Assembly (NCBI GenBank): GCA_001001115.1
Contig: LCIO01000002.1
Coordinates: 2,848 to 66,847, forward strand
Source of the DNA: Candidatus Wolfebacteria bacterium GW2011_GWA1_44_24
GTDB lineage: Bacteria; Patescibacteriota; Minisyncoccia; UBA6257; UBA9933
Length of the DNA: 64,000 bases
Direction of reading: 5' to 3'
A program made the position numbers and the translations under genes. Below are positions 61,588 through 64,000 of this stretch, in pieces; the first letter of the stretch is position 1, and every line of letters begins with the position of its first letter. The notes under the pieces were generated by a model. That model did not search any database, was not told the origin of the DNA, and saw nothing but the letters and a program-made list of their open reading frames with translations.

Positions 61588-62832
61588 TTATTTCAACCAC
61601 TTAATAATCTTTTTGAATTTTTCGCCTCTGTCTTGATAATCTTTAAACATATCAAAACTGGCGGAAGTAGGGGAGAACAAAACATAGCTTTTAGTTTTTT
61701 GATATGCTAAATCAACGGCGTTTTTCAAATTTTTGACTAATTTTACGGGAACGCCGGATTTCTCAATCTTTTTTTTGATTTTTTTCTTGTTTTCGCCGAA
61801 TAAAATCACTAATTTTACATTGGATTTTTTAAGCGCGTCAGCGAGCGGAGAGTAGTTCAAATTTTTGTCCTTGCCGCCGGCGATGAGAATTTTTGGCTGG
61901 TCCGAAAAAGCGTGAATTGCCGCCGCGGCGGTATATGGGTTAGTGGAGGCGGAATCATTATAAAATTTAACGCCGTTGATTTTTCTGACGAATTCCAGCC
62001 GGTGTCGAAGACCGCGGAAATTTTTAACGGTTTTTTTGATAATTTCCAGTTTAACGCCGAGAAATCGCGCGACGCTTGCCGCCATCACGGCGTTTTTATA
62101 ATTGTGTTCGCCGGCGATTTTCAGATCCTCTAACTCAAATAATTCGAAATTTTTTGTTTGTACCGCTATTTTCTCACCCTTGCTTAATTTAGCGATATTT
62201 TTCGCGAATTTATCGGCTGCATCAAAAAAAATCTTTGAGCGGTTATTTTGATGCTTGGCAATTTGCGTTTTGGAGTCAAAATATTCTTTAAAATTTTTGT
62301 GAGTGTCCAAATGGTCTGGGAAAATATTGAGGACAACGGCAATATCGGGGGAAAAATTCAGGTCCTGGAGCTGAAAACTTGATAATTCCAAAATAACAAC
62401 GGAGTCTTTCCGCAATTTAGGCAAAATTTCAACCGCCGGCTTGCCGATGTTGCCGGCGAGATAAACGTTTTTTTTGGCGGCTTTCAGAATTTTACAAAGC
62501 AGAGTTGAGGTCGTGCCTTTGCCTTTGGTGCCGGTAATGCCGATTGTCAGACAGCCGATTTTTTCGGCACTTTCGAAGAATAATTGAGTGGCGCTGGAAA
62601 ATTTTACGCCTTTTTTGACGGCTTTCTGGATTTCTGGAAGGTTGTAAGGAACGCCCGGAGAACGAAAAACAATATCAAATTTATCAAGATTATTGAGATA
62701 ATCTTTGTTTAATTTTTTGTCTAAAATAGAAATATCCGCATTTTTGAATTGCGGAGTTTTGCGTAAAAATTTCAAAACCGCTTTTCCTTCGCGGCCAAAA
62801 CCCAAAATTGCAATTTCCACAGTTATATCCAT
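61588..62832 (-). CDS. murD: UDP-N-acetylmuramoylalanine--D-glutamate ligase MurD
   Basis: The start at ATG 62832 gives MDITVEIAILGFGREGKAVLKFL (Rossmann N-terminus). GITGTKGKGTT P-loop, a Mur ligase central domain and a C-terminal domain (...ILIAGGKDK...). Confidence 0.88.
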   Translation of the reverse strand: MDITVEIAILGFGREGKAVLKFLRKTPQFKNADISILDKKLNKDYLNNLDKFDIVFRSPGVPYNLPEIQKAVKKGVKFSSATQLFFESAEKIGCLTIGITGTKGKGTTSTLLCKILKAAKKNVYLAGNIGKPAVEILPKLRKDSVVILELSSFQLQDLNFSPDIAVVLNIFPDHLDTHKNFKEYFDSKTQIAKHQNNRSKIFFDAADKFAKNIAKLSKGEKIAVQTKNFELFELEDLKIAGEHNYKNAVMAASVARFLGVKLEIIKKTVKNFRGLRHRLEFVRKINGVKFYNDSASTNPYTAAAAIHAFSDQPKILIAGGKDKNLNYSPLADALKKSNVKLVILFGENKKKIKKKIEKSGVPVKLVKNLKNAVDLAYQKTKSYVLFSPTSASFDMFKDYQDRGEKFKKIIKWLK

Positions 62833-62844
62833 AATAATTAAATA

Positions 62845-63273
62845 ATGACAGATAAGCAAAAAAACATCATCAAGATAGCGAAAAGTTTAATCGGCGCGCC
62901 GTATAAATACGGAGCCATTATTGAAGAAGCGCCGGATTATTTCGATTGTTCGGGCTTTATTCAATATGTTTTTAAACAAACAGGCGTTGATCTGCCGCGC
63001 TCGTCAATTTTGCAGGCTAGTGAAGGAAAAGAAATTAAAAGCATTGATGATTTGGAAGCCGGCGATATTTTGTTTATGAGAAGCGATAGGGGCCATTATT
63101 ACGATAAACTTTTTAACGGTCGGAAAATTTATATCGGCCATTGTGTTTTGTACATCGGCGCCGGAGAAATTATCCATAGCCGTAAAGCCGCCGGCGGAGT
63201 GATTAAACAGCGATTAGAAGAACTTGTAAAAGAGCCGAACTACGAAATTATTTTAATAAAAAGAATATTATAA
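62845..63273 (+). CDS. NlpC/P60-family cell-wall peptidase
   Basis: 142 aa. YKYGA...FDCSGFIQYVFKQTGVDLPRSS (catalytic Cys) and ...GHCVLYIGAGEIIHS (His). Confidence 0.85.
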   Translation: MTDKQKNIIKIAKSLIGAPYKYGAIIEEAPDYFDCSGFIQYVFKQTGVDLPRSSILQASEGKEIKSIDDLEAGDILFMRSDRGHYYDKLFNGRKIYIGHCVLYIGAGEIIHSRKAAGGVIKQRLEELVKEPNYEIILIKRIL

Positions 63274-63299
63274 AAAGAGCCCCCGTGAGAGGCTCTTGA
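63273..63299. terminator. Stem-loop terminator between convergent genes (better geometry for the minus-strand gene)
   Basis: aaAAGAGCC cccgtgaga GGCTCTT. The A-run on the plus side becomes the T-run for the minus-strand transcript. Confidence 0.6.
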
Positions 63300-63308
63300 T
63301 TAAGAAAT

Positions 63309-63857
63309 TCAAGCAATCTTGGGCGGAAATTTTTCCGGAAGGTGAAGTACAATAAATCTTTTTTTCCACGCTTTTTGGAATGCTGGAAATGGCACCTTCT
63401 GCCATACTTTGTCCCTTATGACTGCGCCCGGGTCGTTGTAGAAAATCAAATTGCGCTTGGAATCGAATCCCGTAAGTACAACAAGATGGCCGCCGTTTTG
63501 TTGAATGGAATCCTTGTAAATGGAAGCTATCACCGGCTTTGTTTCTAATGCTTTAAATAGCTTTTTCAAACCTTCTTCCTCTGGCAGAGAATTTACATCA
63601 AATCTTTCCCCTTCAAATCCGAATCTTTTTGCTAGGCGGATGAGTCCGTCGTGTGTCCAGCCAACTCCGTCAATATAAGCTTTCTGATTATATCCCAGGC
63701 CTATCAGGTGAATTATCGCATTCTTGTTGAAATTCGGAATATAGTATTTAATGAGCATTACCAGGGATACGATGCCGCAGCTTTTATCCCTCCAACCTGA
63801 ATTTTTAGGGACATCAAGATACTGGGAAAGTTTCCGAACTTTGTACTTCCTTTCCAT
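63309..63857 (-). CDS. Papain-like cysteine peptidase, C39-like family (putative)
   Basis: 182 aa. ...DKSCGIVSLVMLIKYY... (Cys), ...NGGHLVVLTGFD... (His), ...FYNDPG.... SD GGAGG upstream. Confidence 0.65.
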   Translation of the reverse strand: MERKYKVRKLSQYLDVPKNSGWRDKSCGIVSLVMLIKYYIPNFNKNAIIHLIGLGYNQKAYIDGVGWTHDGLIRLAKRFGFEGERFDVNSLPEEEGLKKLFKALETKPVIASIYKDSIQQNGGHLVVLTGFDSKRNLIFYNDPGAVIRDKVWQKVPFPAFQKAWKKRFIVLHLPEKFPPKIA

Positions 63858-63911
63858 ATCATCAAACCTCCTCTGGATTTTTTTGTGCTATTTTTAGATT
63901 ATCTTAAAATC

Positions 63912-63939
63912 TTGCAAAAATCAAGGATTTCAATATAAT
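63912..63939 (+). promoter_or_regulatory. Sigma70-type promoter for the tRNA-Met gene
   Basis: TTGCAA (63912-63917), 16 nt, TATAAT (63934-63939). The tRNA 5' end lies 6 nt downstream. Confidence 0.65.
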
Positions 63940-63944
63940 AGTAC

Positions 63945-64000
63945 AGCGGGGTGGAGGAACGGTACCTCGGGGGGCTCATAATCCCCAGAAGCCGGTTCAA
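63945..64000 (+). tRNA. tRNA-Met (anticodon CAU), initiator-like; 3' part cut by the window edge
   Basis: AGCGGGGTGGAGGAACGGTACCTCGGGGGGCTCATAATCCCCAGAAGCCGGTTCAA. D-arm GAGG/CCTC, anticodon stem GGGGG/TCCCC, loop CTCATAA. The first 12 nt resemble bacterial initiator tRNA (CGCGGGGTGGAG). The tRNA-Ile2 alternative is not excluded. Confidence 0.8.

Overview
The window is a gene-dense, roughly 40% GC bacterial chromosome segment that uses the standard code (UGA is used as a stop). I can support about 67 CDS and 8 tRNA genes. I found no rRNA, CRISPR array, transposase or integrase.

The content points to a reduced-genome Patescibacteria/CPR (Parcubacteria-like) organism, which is an inference. 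The grounds are compact rpoB and rpoC, many secreted or membrane-anchored hypothetical proteins, a type IV pilus plus competence gene set without a secretin, and extreme gene packing.

Recognisable housekeeping genes:
- Secretion and transcription: secD, secF, rpoB, rpoC
- Translation: a pheS-type gene, tsaD, rpsF-ssb-rpsR, rplS, trpS, gatC, gatA
- Envelope: a SEDS protein, mltG, a PAP2 phosphatase, lnt, murD, an NlpC/P60 peptidase
- DNA and regulation: parB, rel, topA, dprA, recG, comFC, ligA
- Pilus: pilMNO-pilB-pilT-pilC-pilin-pilD plus three minor pilins

Observations that deserve a second look:
1. An accessory surface-protein island at 2293-9760. A WxL-like / DUF916-like module sits next to a dockerin protein and two membrane-anchored cohesin proteins.
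2. A single-chain, mitochondrial-type (FARS2-like) PheRS.
3. A recurrent TATAAT-N7/8-ATG geometry that implies many leaderless mRNAs.
4. A two-gene membrane protein plus VirD4/TraD-like ATPase pair.
5. Two GC-rich structured intergenic elements bounded by perfect inverted repeats (39640-39870, and 28749/29587).

All functional calls come from reading motifs in the translations. No database search was possible.
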